Assembly (NCBI GenBank): GCA_022705575.1
Contig: JAKJED010000004.1
Coordinates: 1 to 32,000 of the forward strand
Length of the DNA stretch: 32,000 nt
Direction: 5' to 3'
Origin: Patescibacteria group bacterium
GTDB lineage: Bacteria; Patescibacteriota; Minisyncoccia; RBG-13-40-8-A
How positions within the stretch are numbered: the stretch's first letter is position 1; each line of letters starts with the position of its first letter. The translations under genes and the position numbers were made by a program. Positions 31,234 through 32,000 of the stretch are shown one piece after another. A model generated the notes under the pieces. It was not told where the DNA came from. It saw only the letters and a program-made list of their open reading frames with translations, and ran no database searches.

Positions 31234-32000
31234 TTACTTTGTGAAATACCAATTTAATGTTTCTTTGGCAACAGCGACTGACATTCCCCCTATTTCTGCG
31301 CCGTTTTCAATAAGTACTACAATGACAATTTCCGGATTTTCATAAGGTGCAAAAGCCGTAAACCACGAATGCGCATAGGTTTTATTTTTGAATGTTTCTG
31401 CTGTTCCGGTTTTTCCCGCAACATGCACGGATAAATTATTCAATGATGTTGCGCTTCCAGAAACAATGGTTTCTCTCATGCCCTGTTTTACAATGTCAAA
31501 ATATTCTTGTTTAATTGAAATTTTTCTGATTATTTCTGGTTTTGAATTTTGAAGTAATTGAGGTTCATATAAAGTTCCATTATTGGCAATAGCCGAAATA
31601 GCTAAAGCCAGTTGTAAAGGACTTATCGTAACATCTCCTTGGCCAATAGATGTATTATAAGTGTCGCCAATATACCATTTTTCATTTTTGTTTTCTTTTT
31701 TCCATATTTCATCGGGAATTAGCCCGGTTTTTTCCTCGGGTAAATCAATTCCTGTTTTTTGTCCCCATCCGAATAATTCAAGATAATTTTTTATCCTGTC
31801 TATGCCTAATCCTTGTTGGTTTCCATATCCTCCGCCAATAGTGTAAAAATATACATCACAAGATTCGGCAATTGCTTTAATCATATTAACTGTACCGTGT
31901 ATACTCCAATCTTTAAATGTCCAATAAATTTTTCCTGATTCATTATACAGATTAATATATCCGGGACAATTTATTGTTTTTAAAGGATTAATAATATTTT
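31234..32000 (-). CDS. Class B penicillin-binding protein transpeptidase domain, C-terminal part (5' end beyond the window)
   Basis: The minus-strand frame stays open from the track Met (31884) to nt 32000 (..INCPGYINLYNESGKIYWTFKDWSIHGTVN-MIKAIAESCDVYFY). It has SCDVYFY, SIGQG and the KTG motif AGKTGTAE. FtsI versus PBP2 cannot be decided from this fragment. Confidence 0.8.
   Translation of the reverse strand, partial: NIINPLKTINCPGYINLYNESGKIYWTFKDWSIHGTVNMIKAIAESCDVYFYTIGGGYGNQQGLGIDRIKNYLELFGWGQKTGIDLPEEKTGLIPDEIWKKENKNEKWYIGDTYNTSIGQGDVTISPLQLALAISAIANNGTLYEPQLLQNSKPEIIRKISIKQEYFDIVKQGMRETIVSGSATSLNNLSVHVAGKTGTAETFKNKTYAHSWFTAFAPYENPEIVIVVLIENGAEIGGMSVAVAKETLNWYFTK

Noticed and set aside
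752-31841. Many 60-120 aa ORFs in the supplied track lie antisense to or inside longer genes. Examples are 752-973, 1625-1825, 1853-2065, 2108-2407, 3517-3702, 4742-5014, 5159-5491, 6262-6552, 7824-8075, 8404-8689, 8828-9013, 9371-9619, 10055-10258, 10428-10610 and 12152-12505. Others are 12951-13160, 13334-13615, 14522-14833, 15008-15205, 15474-15662, 16431-16775, 19580-19879, 20320-20505, 22001-22360, 22617-22853, 23254-23514, 23822-24094, 27030-27233, 29645-30086, 30197-30547, 30824-31072, 31067-31252 and 31650-31841.
   Set aside because: Each is fully overlapped by a longer ORF with clear family motifs on the other strand or in another frame. Their translations are low-complexity Ile/Phe/Leu/Lys-rich strings typical of shadow ORFs in AT-rich DNA.
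1-32000. Alternative genetic code (UGA recoded, as in some candidate phyla).
   Set aside because: TGA ends the hydrogenase large subunit exactly at its conserved C-terminal motif, and ends gltX at the ATGA junction. All conserved proteins are full length under code 11 with no in-frame TGA needed.
1-32000. tRNA, rRNA, tmRNA, RNase P or SRP RNA genes in the larger spacers (17723-17846, 18981-19173, 20146-20356, 23062-23183, 30520-30657, 31108-31233).
   Set aside because: I found no GTTCGAATC-like T-loop or cloverleaf arrangement, and none of the conserved SRP, RNase P or tmRNA motifs I know. Without a covariance-model scan, a small novel RNA cannot be excluded, so two spacers are listed as low-interest findings.

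Overview
AT-rich (roughly 30% GC by eye) bacterial chromosomal fragment that uses the standard genetic code: TGA terminates well-conserved proteins. It is tightly packed. I support 34 protein-coding genes and found no rRNA, tRNA, CRISPR array or transposase. The gene content suggests a reduced-genome Patescibacteria/CPR-like organism, which is inference only. That content includes a DUF11 surface protein, an O-antigen-ligase+TPR fusion, a scattered dcw cluster, shortened housekeeping enzymes and many 4-8 nt gene overlaps. Layout: (i) 1-4166, the tail of a surface protein, a small MerR-type HTH gene and an O-antigen-ligase/TPR membrane protein. (ii) 4171-7131, a compact [NiFe]-hydrogenase locus: hypC, an orphan 102-aa ORF, the small subunit, the large subunit and a truncated hypA. 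(iii) 7148-9467, fmt-def, an 86-aa ORF and a 2H phosphoesterase. (iv) 9519-17436, a translationally coupled cell-wall glycopolymer operon (TagA-like, GT4, Wzy/O-antigen-ligase-like, GT2, LCP, GT2, CtpA) ending in rplI. (v) 17450-32000, all on the minus strand: rpmA, a Cas4-like PD-(D/E)XK nuclease, xerC, an M23 peptidase, gltX, murG, ftsW, an N-acyl-D-amino-acid deacylase homolog, mraY, a D-Ala-D-Ala carboxypeptidase, aspS, greA and a class B PBP (partial). The best candidate for something new is the stripped-down hydrogenase module. It has only two structural subunits and no diaphorase or FeS partner genes. Its large subunit ends exactly at the His of DPCxxCxxH, its HypA lacks the zinc-finger domain, and an unknown ORF sits in the cluster. 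Other points worth a second look are a D-aminoacylase homolog in the canonical murD slot, heptanucleotide tandem repeats inside two coding regions and one spacer, a recurrent TGnTAnnnT-N6-ATG (leaderless-type) promoter geometry, an AspRS without the GAD domain, and a terminator-like hairpin in the greA leader. Everything rests on by-eye motif recognition; no database search or folding computation was run.
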